Below, in pieces: positions 1 to 12,520 of a stretch of 64,000 nt of DNA (position 1 is the first letter of the stretch; every line of letters starts with the position of its first letter). The translations under genes were made by a program, and so were the position numbers. A model generated the notes under the pieces. That model searched no databases. It was given only the letters and a program-made list of their open reading frames with translations, and was not told where the DNA came from. Source of the DNA: Vicugna vicugna (Eukaryota); the NCBI GenBank assembly GCA_013265495.1, contig MU057987.1:124001-188000 (forward strand), written 5' to 3'.

Positions 1-20
1 CTCCCGGGAAGGAAAGAAAC

Positions 21-388
21 TGTTATGGCCTGAATTTTGTCCACCTGCCTCCAATTCATATGTTAAAGCCGTAATGCCCAGTGTGACTGTATTTGGAGAT
101 AGAACCTTCAAGGAGATACGGTTAAATGGGGTCATCAGGGTGGGGCTCTAATCTGATAGGACAGGAGTCCTTCCAAGAGGAAGAGACCCCAGAGATTCTC
201 TGTCCACGTGCGCAGAGTAAAGGACACAGAGAGCAGGTGGCCGCCGGCAAGCCAGGAAGAGAGGTCTCCCCGGAAACCAGCCCTGATAGTGAACTTCCAG
301 CCTCCAAGACTGTGGGAAAATAAACTTCTCTTGTTTAAACCAGTCATTCTGCGGTATTTTGTTACGGCAGCCCCCGACGACTAATACA
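21..388 (+). mobile_element. MaLR solo LTR, MLT1A-like
   Basis: Starts TGTTATGGCCTGAAT and ends CTAATACA. Contains MLT1A hallmarks (GTGACTGTATTTGGAGATAG, GAACTTCCAGCCTCCAAGACTGTG, AATAAA, GGTATTTTGTTACGGCAGCC). Confidence 0.9.
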
Positions 389-2074
389 CCAATTTCTTTG
401 TGTAAATTCTAACAGAGGCTCTGGCCGACCAATCAATCAGGTATGTACGTATGGTACAATGTGCTTTGAACTCATAGGCTGGAAAATGAGAACTGAGGTT
501 GGAGCTGCCACCCACCACAGGAGAGCTTTCTGCACCTTGAAAGGTCCCTCTCCCCGGCTGCCTGCCTTCCGCACCCCTCTGCAAGTTGCTTGGTAGAGAG
601 CACGGGGGAGACTCCGACCTCCTGCCCCAAGGCAGCCTTCAGCAGGCCTTGTCCCTGCCTAGAGGAGCGCCAACTGCATGCCTCCTGCGGGGAGGGTCTT
701 TCTCGGCAATCCTGCTCTTCTCTTCGTCTCAGGCAGGCTGCTGTCTTACACTCAGCGGAAAGTTTCATACACCTCGGAGAGCTCGGTGCAGCCCCCTGAG
801 AAAGTAGGGAGGTGGATGCTGACACGCTCTGTGGTCGGGGCTCCTCTCTATCCTAATCTCTCACGCCAGCCCACACATTGTTAGTAAAACTTTACGAATT
901 TGGGATGATTTCCCCTTATCTCTCTTCCCCTTTTCCCCCCAGCGATAAGACCCACTGTGGGACTCCCCTCTTAGAAACTGTTTATCCAGCATTTAGCTTT
1001 CCTATTTCTTAGCTTTCCAAAGGGTCAAAAGGGCACTGTGTTTTATTCTGTTCTGTTTTGTATTTAGCTATTTCACATTTCACTTCATGTTTGTTTGAGT
1101 ATGATAAGTTTAATAATTTTCTGTTTTACAGAATGATAAGTTTTGGAGTTTATGTTACTTTCCTTACAGAGCAAATATCTCACATTTCTTCCCTCTATCT
1201 GTAATAAAAGTGAAAGGCTAAAAAAGTTGTATCTAGAAAATGTACATGATTTTCATACACATTATACCTAATTTTTTAGCATAAGCAATCTTTTTTTGAG
1301 GGAAGAGAAATGAAAATGCATTGCAGTTGCAAAATTACTTTTCGTCAAAATGCTTAAATTTGCTTGGTAGAAATGAACTTACTATGCGACATGCATTTTT
1401 AAGCTTTTAATAATTTTTAATCATTTATATAGGAAATGCATCATTATAAAGCTAGCCAAGGACACCAAAGGTATCATTAGATGGAGACAGGAAGGCCAGG
1501 AGGAGGAAAATTACTCTTCGTGGTGAAATAAGAAAAATTATGTTGATGATACTTTTCGGAAGACATAAACATGATTCTAATGCCACAGTATTGGGTTTTG
1601 CTTGCTTATTTCTGATGAGATGGCCAGAAACCCAATACTGAAGCTTGGGAGAAATCTTTGTATATATAATCTAGGAAGGTGGTCACAGGCAATGATTAGC
1701 ATGTTACAGGACCAGCAACTATGGGCCCATGACTTTTAACTTGCTGTTTTCAGATAGAGTAGAAGGTAAGCATATGTGTTCAACATCCTACCTGTTTCGC
1801 TCACTATTGTAGACCAATGCTTTTCGCAATCCCTGGGACACAGCAGTATCTCAAGTGACTGAAACATAATGACAACATAAATACACCAGTTTCTTACTCT
1901 GAGGTTATAATCAGCTTTTCTTTATAAAATGTCTATGCTATTGACACTGGCTTGAAATTCTAGTCTATTACCATGAAGATCTGCAGAATAAAAATTGAGA
2001 AAACAAAAAGTTGAAAATGCTTGCAGCTACAGGGGACGTCAGTGCAAACTTTAATTACGGGTGTGTTTGTGTAG

Positions 2075-2150
2075 ATGGCAAGACCCACTGAGTTTATGTG
2101 ATTTGCTCAAAGTAACACAGCTGGCTAATGGCAGTGCTGAGATGAGAGCT
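2075..2150 (-). mobile_element. MIR SINE fragment
   Basis: GTGATTTGCTCAAAGTAACACAGCTGGCTAATGGCAG resembles the antisense MIR core. Confidence 0.65.
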
Positions 2151-2174
2151 TACTTAGACACACAACTCTGCGTT

Positions 2175-2430
2175 CCTAGAGAAGGAGGTAGCTTTGGGGA
2201 CTAAACAGACATGAATTCAAATCCTGGCTCTGCCACTTATTAGCTGTATGGCTTTCCGCAAGTTACTGATGATCCCTGAACCTCAGTTTCCTTATCTGTC
2301 AAATGGGGGTAATAACAGATCTACCGCTTTGGAGTATTGTGAGGATTAAATAAGAACACATGTAAAGGTCTCCGTATCGGGCTTGCACGTGGCACTTAAT
2401 CAGTTGCCACGGGAGTAGCCATTGATGTTA
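2175..2430 (+). mobile_element. MIR SINE, near full length
   Basis: TTCAAATCCTGGCTCTGCCACTTATTAGCTGT ... CCTCAGTTTCCTTATCTGTCAAATGGGG ... GTGAGGATTAAAT. Confidence 0.9.
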
Positions 2431-3029
2431 TCACCATGCACACGCTTCACCCAGACAGGGACAATGAGTTTGCTTCTCTGTATAAAGGATAAAATATAGC
2501 TAATTAAATTCCCACAAGGCAATTAATCAGAAGTCTTGAAGCGAGATGATCATGGTGAAATTTGCTTCCGATTCAGAGACAAAGGACAGCTTTGGGGTAG
2601 CTGTCAAAAGAATACTTTCTTTCCTTAGGAGGTCCGAAGTTCTGTTTTGTTCAGGCCTAGACAATGTAGGTAGCAATGCAAGATTGGGAACATTTCCCCT
2701 GCCCTGTATGAAAACAAACACCAGTTATATATTTAGCCCACACAGTTTAAGTGGATCTCTTTATTTTGTGTGAGGGATTTCTAAAACAAACAAAAAATCC
2801 CAGACATTTGCAAAAGATTTGGCAAATGCTTGCGTGCAAACTCAATAGCTCTTGAATAAAAATAAGAACTAGATTAAATTACTGTATAGCATTGCTAGAC
2901 ACTAAAATATGTTACATTTGCTTTTTGTCAATAAACCATAGGTACATAAATCACCTTAGAAGGTATTTAGAGAACCCCTGTATTTACATAATCTTTTCTG
3001 TCTATTTAGGGATTAATTTAAAAGAAAGT

Positions 3030-3900
3030 GGGGTCAGATTTGGAGTTGACATTATAGGAGTGATTAAGACAAAGGTGATAATTAGAGCCAAAGGAATGAA
3101 TGAAATTATCCTAAGGGAGCAAACAGCCCAACCAGACCCTTAAAGAAACCCTGAATATGGGGATCAGAAGAAGCAAAAAGAACTATAGAAGGAAAGAGAG
3201 CAAGAACAACTTTGAAGGAAGAGGAGAAAGAGCAGAGAGCCTCATTTCTGAGGCAAGGAAGATTTTCTAGAAGGAAGTGGATAATCAGTAGCGTCAAATA
3301 CCCCAGCACTAATACCTCCAGAATTTTCATACAAAGGTGCTTAATAAGAAGGAAAGCTAGTAGACATGTTAGTATCAAGGCTGTATTTGCAGAAGAAGAA
3401 CATCGTTTTTATTTGGGTTGCATTATACTGGGTATAGGCTGAGCAGGGGGAGGGGGTGGGCAGCAGACATCATGGGGGTAGGGGGAGGCTAAAGACCTCT
3501 GAGCCAAGGTGATGCAGTGGAAAGGATGAGCTGTAATGTAAAACAGGAAGAGATCATCACCTATTCCAATAAAGTGGCCACTGGTGATCTTTTCAAAGAG
3601 GGAGGAGTCAAAGAATTATATACAGTGATGAAATAGAAAGTTTGCTAGAAAAGTTAATCATTAAAGAATGATCCAATGGTAGCTTGATAGAGGGAGACAG
3701 AAGAGAGGGTGAGCAGGAGTGATGACATGGGACGTCAGAGAGCCTTACCAGTGGCAGAGATGAGCTGTCATTGATTGTATCACTGAAGCAGGAGGCATGA
3801 GTGCTCCGAACTGTGATTATGAATCTGCAACAAATGGAGAATGTTCGAATTGTCTGCCGTACACAATAAGCTAGGGAGTTAAGTAAGGGTGAGGAAGAGG
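3030..3900 (-). mobile_element. Degraded L2 fragments
   Basis: GA-rich antisense L2-like blocks (GATTTGGAGTTG, GGCCACTGGTGATCTTTTCAAAGAG); approximate and discontinuous. Confidence 0.5.
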
Positions 3901-4347
3901 AATGCGGAACACACCAAAGCCCTGGCTCAGGTTGAGTCATGGCTACAAATGGCAATGCGCCGAATTAAGTGCTATCAGCTTAACAAATGAGCCAATAAGG
4001 TAGAGTCTATTATATTGAGCAATAAGACCTCACAATGGATCATTGGGTTGGAAGTTAATCTTTGCAAACACATCTGAAGTTCCTTTCATAACTTTACATG
4101 CTGCCTCCCAACAGCATTTAAACAGGGATAGGTGAGAGAAAGATACAAATATTTTTAATATTCAATCAAAAAACTATACTTTGTTTTCACAGAAGAAAAC
4201 TTCTTTTTGAATCCAACCAACTTATACATAGACATTTCCATATGTGATGTACAAATAGACAATTTAGTATTTTACCAATTATCTTGCTGGATATTTACAA
4301 ACCAGAACATGATTTAACTTCTCTTAACTGGAGAACTGGTCATAATT

Positions 4348-4412
4348 ATTACCAAAATAATTACTCATTTCAAAATAATCATTCATTACCAAAATAATCA
4401 TTCATTCATTCA
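4348..4412. repeat. ~19-bp minisatellite grown from an L2 tail
   Basis: About 3 copies of ATTACCAAAATAATCATTC running into (ATTC)n. Confidence 0.75.
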
Positions 4413-5250
4413 TGGGCATTTGCTGAGTGCTCGTGCTACACCAGGTCTCCTATAAGGTTTTGAGGATGTCAGGATGAAAAAGACGGAACTCTGGCTTTCA
4501 AGGATCTCACAGTACAGATAAGAAGACAGACGAAAAAGAAATAGAATATGTGGCTTTATGATTATGGTGTGCCTTAGAAACTGTGGAACATAACCATAAA
4601 TGAACAACTTGAACACAGCATTTCCATGAATCCAGGGAGATCTGGGGGCCCAGGCAGGAGAGGAATGGTCCTAACAAGTATGGTGTGCCATCTTTGTGAC
4701 AGGCACTGTGCCACACAAAGAGGGCAGAGTGATGTGTGAGGCACAGGTGGTCTCAGCTCCTGGTGGCTTTTACGCTGTTAAGGTGTACAAACATAAACAT
4801 ATATTTTTTAGGTTTTTTGGGGGGGTGGGGATAATTAGGTTTATTTATTTAATTTTTTTTTCTTGAATGGAGGTAGTGGGGATTGAACCCAGGACCTCGT
4901 GCAAGCTAAGCGTGAGCTCTACCACTTGAGCTCTACCCTCCCCTCCAAACACATTTGTAAATGCACCGTGTTAGGTACCATGATGGCAGTGGTGCTGGAG
5001 GTGTGAGGATACAGAGAGGCACTCCCACCTGCAGGGCCAGACAGTCCGGGGAGAGGGTCCCCTGCACACAGGGAGGCTTTCCCATAGGAAGAGACAGGTG
5101 AGCCCCATGCCGTGTAGACCTAGGCCAGGCAAAACGGTGGGGAGTGTGGAGGAGGGAATTCTGGGCAGAGGGGACGGCGTAAAGGCACAGAAGAGAACAA
5201 GAACATGTGGAGAACAGTCAGCAACTTGATGTTTCCAGAACTTAGATTTT
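4398..5250 (-). mobile_element. L2 3' fragments, interrupted by a SINE
   Basis: TTCATTCATTCATGGGCATTTGCTGAGTGCT antisense L2 tail, followed by L2 body motifs (GAGGAGGGAATTCTGGGCAGAGGGGAC). Confidence 0.7.
4804..4943 (-). mobile_element. tRNA-derived camelid SINE (Vic-1-like)
   Basis: Minus strand reads GGGGAGGGTAGAGCTCAAGTGGTAGAGC...GAGGTCCTGGGTTCAATCCCCACTACCTCC, with A and B boxes, then AAATAAATAAACCTAATTATCCCC and an A-rich tail. Confidence 0.9.
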
Positions 5251-5269
5251 CAAGCAGGGAAGGGCGGTT

Positions 5270-5410
5270 TTATCCAGCATGGTTTATCTCTCTTTCATAG
5301 GTAAGAACGCAGAGGCTCAGTGAAGTAGGGAAAAGTCCGAGTCATCACACAGGTGGAAAGCAGTGGAACCAAAATTCCAACCATGTCTGTCAGATTCACC
5401 ACATTTGCTC
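5270..5410 (-). mobile_element. MIR fragment
   Basis: GAGGCTCAGTGAAGT...GTCATCACACAGGTGGAAAGCAGTGGAACC. Confidence 0.65.
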
Positions 5411-6030
5411 TGTACATATCTTTGGAAATACTTTTTACATTTATGCATTTATAGTGTTCACATCATAGCCTAGGGAAGACATGCACTCATCTTTATTTTA
5501 TCTGTTTCGGTTTAGAAGAAAAGAATTCCCCTTCAGAATTATGAGAATATTCATTAGATTAAAAAAAAAACTAGCAGAATAGAAGGAAGTAACAATAGAC
5601 AAAGTATTTCTGTGTATAGAGAGAAATGATGAGAATTTATCATATTAAAATAGCTTCAACTACTTTCCCACTTGTCAGAAATAGTTATGTCCAAATTAAA
5701 GCTATTAGGCACAGGTTAGGAGAGTGACAAGGTTTGTGACAATCTCCTTTGGACTGAAAATATCATGGACAAATAGAAACAGCTCTTGGAAGACTTTCTG
5801 GCTGTCACTCTTCTGCCTACGTTGAGAATGTTCTCAATTTATGATGAGACCATTCTACCTCTTTAAAACATTAAAGTTACGGTTTTGGGGGGGGTTTTGG
5901 CCTTGTTCGGCAGACTCCCACATTTACAGCCAAGTAACTTGTCCTCAAGCTGGTCTTCATCAGCAAATTTGCCATGACCCTTCTACTTCCAATGCTCAGA
6001 AGCAGTACTGAAAGACCAGGGAATACTTTT

Positions 6031-6074
6031 TCTCCCTCTCTCTCTCTCTCCCTCCCTCTCCCTCTCCCTCTCTC
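6031..6074. repeat. (CT)n/(CCCT)n pyrimidine microsatellite
   Basis: Directly visible. Confidence 0.95.
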
Positions 6075-7619
6075 TTTTTACATTGAAGTAGCTAACACAT
6101 TGGGCATGAAGGGAAATTATGGCAGTGTGATGAAAATAGGAACGAGGTAATTAAAATGAGATAATTTAATAGGGTACACCTTAGGTGAGAGGAGAGTGAA
6201 CTTCCAAAATGGAGCCCATTAAACCACAGCAGAAGCAAAGGCAGCAATAAAATCTTGCAAATGCTACCTAACCCTGGAGGTCTCCCAGGACAACCAAGCC
6301 ACAGACCCCTTGATGGAAAGTGATTTTTATAAACCTCATGAACTGGACCCATAAACAGAAAAGCAATTACAATACTGACCCAGCATGCTGGCTGAAAACA
6401 CCCACAGTCAAAAATAGATCACATGAATAAATGAACACGTAGAAATGCCTACCCAGGTATTTTCCGTCAAGAGAAAGAAACTGGAAGAGAAGCATCTGGA
6501 TAATCTATGAGCAAAAGCAAGAAGTCGGTTAAGTTGATTATTAGCTATCCTCTACTCAAAAGACCTCGTTTTTAAGGAATGGCTTTTCAGGGCAGGAACA
6601 ATTTCTTGGTTAGCACGTACACCAAAGCCCTAAAGACACAAACTTTTTATTTAGTTTTTTATTTTGTTGTTGCGCGTTTGTTTGGGAAGAACACTGCAGC
6701 CATAAGAAAAGAAAGTCAGGAAACCTCAGGCCCCCACCTCCAGCCTTACAGTCATTCAGTAGACGAAATGCACTACACCTTTATTGCGTATAGATTTCAA
6801 TTTATTGACAAACACACTTTAGAAAATGTTTAGATTTCTTTCTAATCCAGGATGTATGGATTGAAAAAAAATTCAGAAGAGACTGAACTTCTCTAATAAC
6901 ACAAGTAGAAAGAGGACCAGCCTAAATGAACAGAACATCACTGCTACAGCAGGTCTTAAATTGAATTCCATTTCCTGGCCCACAGTTACATATGCGGACA
7001 ATTAATGGTTAATGAATGCCAGAAAACAGAGGTCCTTCCAGACTGGGTTTAATACAGAGAAGAGGATTATTTATGAACAAGTACTTTATATAAATTTTGG
7101 TATGACCAAAATGCTTCATAGACTAAAATTGTATGCTTGAAGCTGTAGATTAAATTTGTGTGTACTTAATACATACCATCAGAGCAAACGGTAGTAAGGC
7201 CAAGTCTGAATTCACACACATTTTAAATTTATGAAGTTGGAATTAATGTGGTTTTATTACATAGGAGTTGAACTTTCTAATATTGGAAGGAGAGACCCTG
7301 CTACAACAAAAAACGATGTACTTTAAAAAATTTTGGTCGTGGGAAGTAAGAGAACCGTAGTACAAGATCTTAAATGATAGCTAACGTTAAAGGCTTGGGA
7401 AGAGAAACTTCTGAGAGTGGTAGAGACTAAGCCATTTACTCTATGTGGTACGCATTCAGTCGTGTGTTAAGCAAGTAAGAATGACGGAATAAATGGAAAA
7501 CAAGAAATGCAGTTTTAGTTCTGTTACATATTTTACCCACATAGACTAAATAAACCTTTGGTTACAAAAAATAAAACCTCCTCAAAATACATTAGTCCGG
7601 TGACTTTTGATATAAGCAA

Positions 7620-7735
7620 TACAGGGGTGGGGCAAAAAATAGTTATTATGGAATTATATTAAATCGTGTGTGTGAAACTGTTAAAAATTGAAAATCACTA
7701 TAGAATTGAAAGAATTTTTCACTCAACAAAAATAC
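7620..7735 (+). mobile_element. Short L1 3' end
   Basis: AGTTATTATGGAATTATATTAAATCGTGTGTGTGAAACTGTTAAAAATTG...AAAGAATTTTTCACTCAACAAAAA resembles an artiodactyl L1 3' terminus. Confidence 0.7.
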
Positions 7736-7739
7736 ATAA

Positions 7740-7912
7740 TATAAAATACCTCACTAACATGTGTTCTGTTTGTATGTTGAAATGATGCTTTGGATATACG
7801 GGGGCCAAATGAAATATACTATTAAAATTAATCTCATCTGTTTCCTTTTACTTTTCTATCACAGCTACTGGACAATTCCATATGGGCTCACATTATGTTG
7901 TCCCTGGAGAGC
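7740..7912 (+). mobile_element. hAT-Charlie MITE, MER33-like
   Basis: GTTGAAATGATG..TTGGATATA..TATTAAAATTAATCTCATCTGTTTCCTTTTACTTTT..GCTACT; strand label follows my recollection of the consensus. Confidence 0.75.
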
Positions 7913-8038
7913 ACCTCCCTGGAGTGTGACCCCCGGACGGGCAGCACTGCCCCCACTGGTGCTTGTGAGCAGCACAGAATCCTGGGCCTCTCTCAAGAAC
8001 TACTGAGTCAGCGTCTGCATTTTAACAAGATGCCCAAG
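7913..8038. mobile_element. hAT-Charlie MER5-type fragment
   Basis: CAGAATCCTGGGCC...CTACTGAGTCAGCGTCTGCATTTTAACAAGATGCCCA. Confidence 0.75.
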
Positions 8039-9129
8039 CTAAATGCATTCCTGTTACAGAAGAACTTTCTTGACTTCATGAGAGTTTCAGCACAGACACT
8101 GGTCTCCAAACCTTCTCAATCCCTTAAGCACAGGGTCTGTGTAGAAATTACCGTCATTCTTTAAGGACCTACAATACGCCTTCCCTTGAGGGCTCATTCT
8201 ATGCTTCCTAAATATTGATTTCAGTAAATAATCAGAAATGCATTTGCTATTACCATGACTATGTTTACCATATTGAAATGACAATGGCTACATACACTGC
8301 CTGTGTGGCAGTTACTACCCTTAAGAGTTAAACAATGTATGTGCCCCACACACTAAAGACAAAAGGAGACAATGGCCAGGTGAACAATAGGATATATGGA
8401 TTTCCTACATATAACATCACTGTTCTTGAAATAGGGAGGAAACACCGGGGTTAAAACAACCGTGTGCGACAGCCCGGCCCTGCTGCCTGCCAGGGTCTAA
8501 TTGTCAGCCAGCTTCCCTGTGGGAGCAGAGTAATGAAGGTTATTGTTGAGAGTGCAGGCAGACGGGCTCTTGTTTCTGTCTGCTTTGCAGTTGGCAGTTT
8601 GAGGATGAAGGGAAACCAAGCCGTATTCTTTTCTGCTCCTTTTTTCCTTGTTTGAGTTACCAAGTTCTCATTCTGGTTTATCACTCTGCCCCTCCTTCTG
8701 GAGGAATTTAGATTGAGTTTGCTGCTTCTGAAAGCCAGGTATCATGTTAATGAATCACTAAAAAGAAAGCTGGTCTAATTATAGCCAAATGGTGCAAAAT
8801 CATCTCCCTTATGATTGCCCCTGATTAGGTGGAGGCTGCTGTGCTCGCTGCAGGAGGCTCCAGATTATCGCAGAAAAAATGCAAGGTGCCCACGGCCTGC
8901 CAGGAGGGGCAGGGCTTGCAGAAAACAAAAACTACTGCAGCTGTCCTCTGTTATTCTGTTGTTAAAGTTCTGTCTTAAAGTTTCCTAGACTCGTTAGCTT
9001 CAAACCGGCATGGTTCAATGAATGCTTTTAGTGAACTGATCTAATGTTTAATAAATGAATATTAATCAACTGGTAATTAAGTAATTACCCATAGGCTACC
9101 ATACTATTATGGTCAGGCTTCATTTGCAT

Positions 9130-10060
9130 ATAAGAAATACGAATTTGTTTAAGCCATTACAAAAAAAAAGATATTCAATTTGATAAATCATTAAGAAGAG
9201 ATACATTAAATCACAGTGAGATTCCACTGCACATCCACCAGAATAATGAAAAATTTTTAAACATGAAAAATACCAAGTAAATTGGTATAACCTCTTTGAA
9301 ACATTGGTTGGCACTGTCTACTCATGTTGAACACACACACATAGACACACATACACACATACACGCACAGAGTTACACCCCACCTAGCAATTCCACTGCC
9401 AGGTATACACTGAATAAAAATGTGTGTATGTGTGCCCAGGAAGACATGCACTGGACGCTTCCAACAGCCGCAGACTGGAAGCTATCCAAATACTCTTCAA
9501 CAGTAGGATGGATAAACGTGACGCAGCATACCCACGCTGCAACTCTACACAACAGGGGCTGGCAGACTACGGCCTACTGGCCGAGGCCAGCTCAGTGCCT
9601 GTTTTATTACTGGCCCTCGGGCTAAGAATAGATTTTGTATTTTTAAAGGGGTGGTAAAAACAACAGCAACAAAAATAAATAATGGCAACAATGAAGGATG
9701 TGTACCAGAGACTAGGCGTGGACTCCAAAGTCTACAATATTAACTGTCTGGCCTTTCGTAGAAAGAGCTCGCCAACCTCAAACGGAGCAGAGAATGAGCA
9801 AACCACAAGCACAGGCAACAATGTGGATGGATCCACAAGCAACACATCAAGCAAAAGGCGGTACATCCACATAGAGACACGGAAAAAATCAACCTGTGAC
9901 CTCAGAAGCCAGGTTAGTGGTGACACCCGACCAGAGCAGTGACCTGGGAGAGGATTACCTGATGCTCCCCTAGAACCGCCTGTTTCACAGGTGTATCCAG
10001 CTTGTGGGAAACTGGACAAGCTGCACCCTATGACATGTGTAAGCATATATTATCTGAACA
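9130..10060 (+). mobile_element. Old L1M 3' region, split by MER58
   Basis: AAATTGGTATAACCTCTTTGAAAC..TTGGCA, CCTAGCAATTCCACTGCCAGGTATA, GCAACAATGTGGATGGATC; (CA)n at ~9331-9369. Confidence 0.75.
9553..9780. mobile_element. hAT-Charlie MITE, MER58A-like
   Basis: Termini CAGGGGCTGGCAGACT / GCTCGCCAACCTCA; internal GCTAAGAATAGATTTT and TGTCTGGCCTTTCGTAGAAA. Confidence 0.85.
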
Positions 10061-10318
10061 ATTGCATCCGATGGATTACAGGGAAATGCAACTTAAATGA
10101 CTGGTCTCCCCTCCTCTCTCCCAGATCATGTAAAAACCTGGTATCCAGAAAACTGAGGAGAGACTTTTCCTCTCTGGGCTATTGTGGTTACCAGTGATGT
10201 CCTCATTTTCTAAACCATGTGTTCCTTTCTGGCACTGTTACTTGCACACAAAACTAGAATTTATTATTATTTTTTAACCTGAGGCCCCTGCAACTTATTT
10301 CTTTGATTCCTTATTCTT

Positions 10319-10699
10319 TTTGTTGTTGTTGTTTCTAATTGAAGTCTAGTTGATTTACAGTGCTGTGTCAGTTTCAGGTGTACAGCAAGGTGATTTAGTT
10401 ATACATATATATTCTTTTTCAGATTCTTTTTCATTTATAGGTTATTACAAGATATTGAATAGAGTTCCCTGTGTTATATAGTAGGTCCTTGCTGTTTATC
10501 TATTCTGTGTAGTAGTTTGTATCTGTCAATCCCAAACTCTTAATTTATCCCTCCCCCACCCATTTCCCCTGTGGTAACCATAAATTTGTTATCTATGTCT
10601 GTAAGTCTGTTTCCATTTTGAAAATAAGTTCCTTTGTCCCTTTTTTTTTAGATTCCACATATAAGTGATATCACATGATATTTGTTTTTCTCTGTCTGA
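10319..10699 (-). mobile_element. 5'-truncated L1 3' end (artiodactyl type)
   Basis: AATTGAAGTCTAGTTGATTTACAG...TTAGATTCCACATATAAGTGATATCA. Diverged TSD TGATTCCTTATTCTT (10304-10318) / TGACTCCCTGTTCTT (10700-10714). Confidence 0.92.
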
Positions 10700-10719
10700 T
10701 GACTCCCTGTTCTTGATCG

Positions 10720-11551
10720 TAGCTTTTCTCTCCCATCTCATATCCAAGGCATTAGGCAATCCTGTGGATTCTGCCTTCAACACAGATGCACAATCCAAAC
10801 ATTTTTCTCTGCCTTCACTGCTACAAGCATGGTTCTAGCCATCAGCATGTCTCCCTTGATTTGGTCTCCTAACTAGTCAGTCTCTTGGTTTTTACCTTTG
10901 TGTCCCCCACGCCCCCAACCCACCCCTAAACGGCCTATGCACAACATAGAAAGTCATGTGATCCTTTGGAAACAAAGATAGTGTTACTGCCGGGGTGAAA
11001 AATCCTTCAATAACTCTCCTCATTCAGAATGACAAGCCGGCATCCTCACAATGGCTAACGGCCAGCACATCTCTCTGCCCCGCCCCACAAACACACATTC
11101 ACTCACATTCCCCGGCCTCCTTCCGTTCCTCAGAAATGTCAGGACCATTCCTGCCTTGGGGCCTCTGAATGAGCTGCCCTCTCTACCCAGATCACTCGTT
11201 CTCCGGATCGCTCCAGAGCCAAGCCATTGCCTCCTTCCAGTCATTACTAAAATAAAAGACACAAGTGCTCAGTCAGGCCTATTGTGATGATTCTATTTAA
11301 AATCGTCAGCCTCCCTTGTTGGTCCTTCTGACCTTGCCTTTTCTTACTGCAATTCTTACACCTGAACATCCTTTATAACGTATCTATTTATGGTGAACAT
11401 TGTTTATTATCTATCTTTTCCAGGTAGTTGACAAGTTCCTGAAGGGCAGTAATTTTTCATTTGTATGGTGATGTATCTCAAGAGTCTATACCAGTGTTTG
11501 GCACAGAGAAAGTTTTAGTAGCTATTGCTGAGTGAATCAGGAATGAATAAA
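10720..11551 (+). mobile_element. L2 3' region
   Basis: Pyrimidine-rich L2 body ending CCAGTGTTTGGCACAGAG...TTGCTGAGTGAATCAGGAATGAATAAAT. Confidence 0.85.
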
Positions 11552-12288
11552 TGGGGCCCTGCCCCCCAGGTACGGCATTCTTTTGGCACCTCTGAGCCTT
11601 GCCACATCCCTGGGGTGCGGCTGTAGGCTGAAGCGGGTCACCACTACTTAAGGGCCCGTGATCTCTAGCCTCCATCCAGCATGGGGAACCATGTCTTCTT
11701 TCTCTCGGGGCTTCTGTGCGTCTTCTGATGGAACCCTTTTAGAGAAACAAAGCCACAAGGGAGATAATTTTTAAACAGCTTAAGCTTTCAACCTGGCTCA
11801 AACCACCTCTTCTTGGAATGAGAAGGAAGAAAATGAAAGGCAGACAGTAATTTATCCCAGCATCCGTAGACACCCCTGTCTTTCCTGAGAGGGGCAGCTG
11901 TGGAGAGCGCTCAGGCTTCGCTGGGTCTGCAACATTTGGGAGCAACATTTAGAGAGCTCAGCTTTGTGTCTATTAATATGAACTCATCTTATGTGGCTTT
12001 GTAAATAGGACATTTGATATCACTTATATTTATAAGACCCAATCTTTATACTTTATTTTAGTTGGGCACTGAAAGTTGGTAGTTTTTGTTTTATGAGACT
12101 AAATCTTTTTTAAGTCTATGTTCTGCTGTCACATAAAATAGACCAATTTTTCTGAACTTGTCTTCCAAGGTCATGTTAAACAGTTATTTGCATAAATGTG
12201 CTCAACAATGGGAACACAATGCAAGGCTTACAAATGGAGAAACAGATTTCCACATGAAACTTAGGTTCAACATTTAAAATGCTTCGTA

Positions 12289-12520
12289 CACCTGACCCTT
12301 GAACCATGCATGGGGGTGGGTGTTAGGCAGTTAGTGGCACGGACCCTCAATGCCGTCCAAAATCCGCCTCTAATGTGTAGCTGACTCTCCGTATCTACCG
12401 TTCCACATTCAGGGATGCAGCCAACCAAGCATTGTGTAGTACTACGGTATTTGCTATTGAAAAAAATCTGCACGTAAGTGAACCTGCACGGTCCAAACGC
12501 ATGTGTTTCAGGGTCAACTG
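12289..12520. mobile_element. TcMar-Tigger MITE (Tigger2a-like)
   Basis: TIRs CACCTGACCCTTGAA / TTTCAGGGTCAACTG, flanked by TA on both sides. Confidence 0.9.

Noticed and set aside
4868..4943. tRNA-like sequence
   Set aside because: It is the head of a SINE with a family-specific tail, not a tRNA gene
5285..5306. TCTCTCTTTCATAG|GTAAGA recursive-splice-like motif
   Set aside because: Lies within an antisense MIR core, where near-identical motifs arise easily from the consensus
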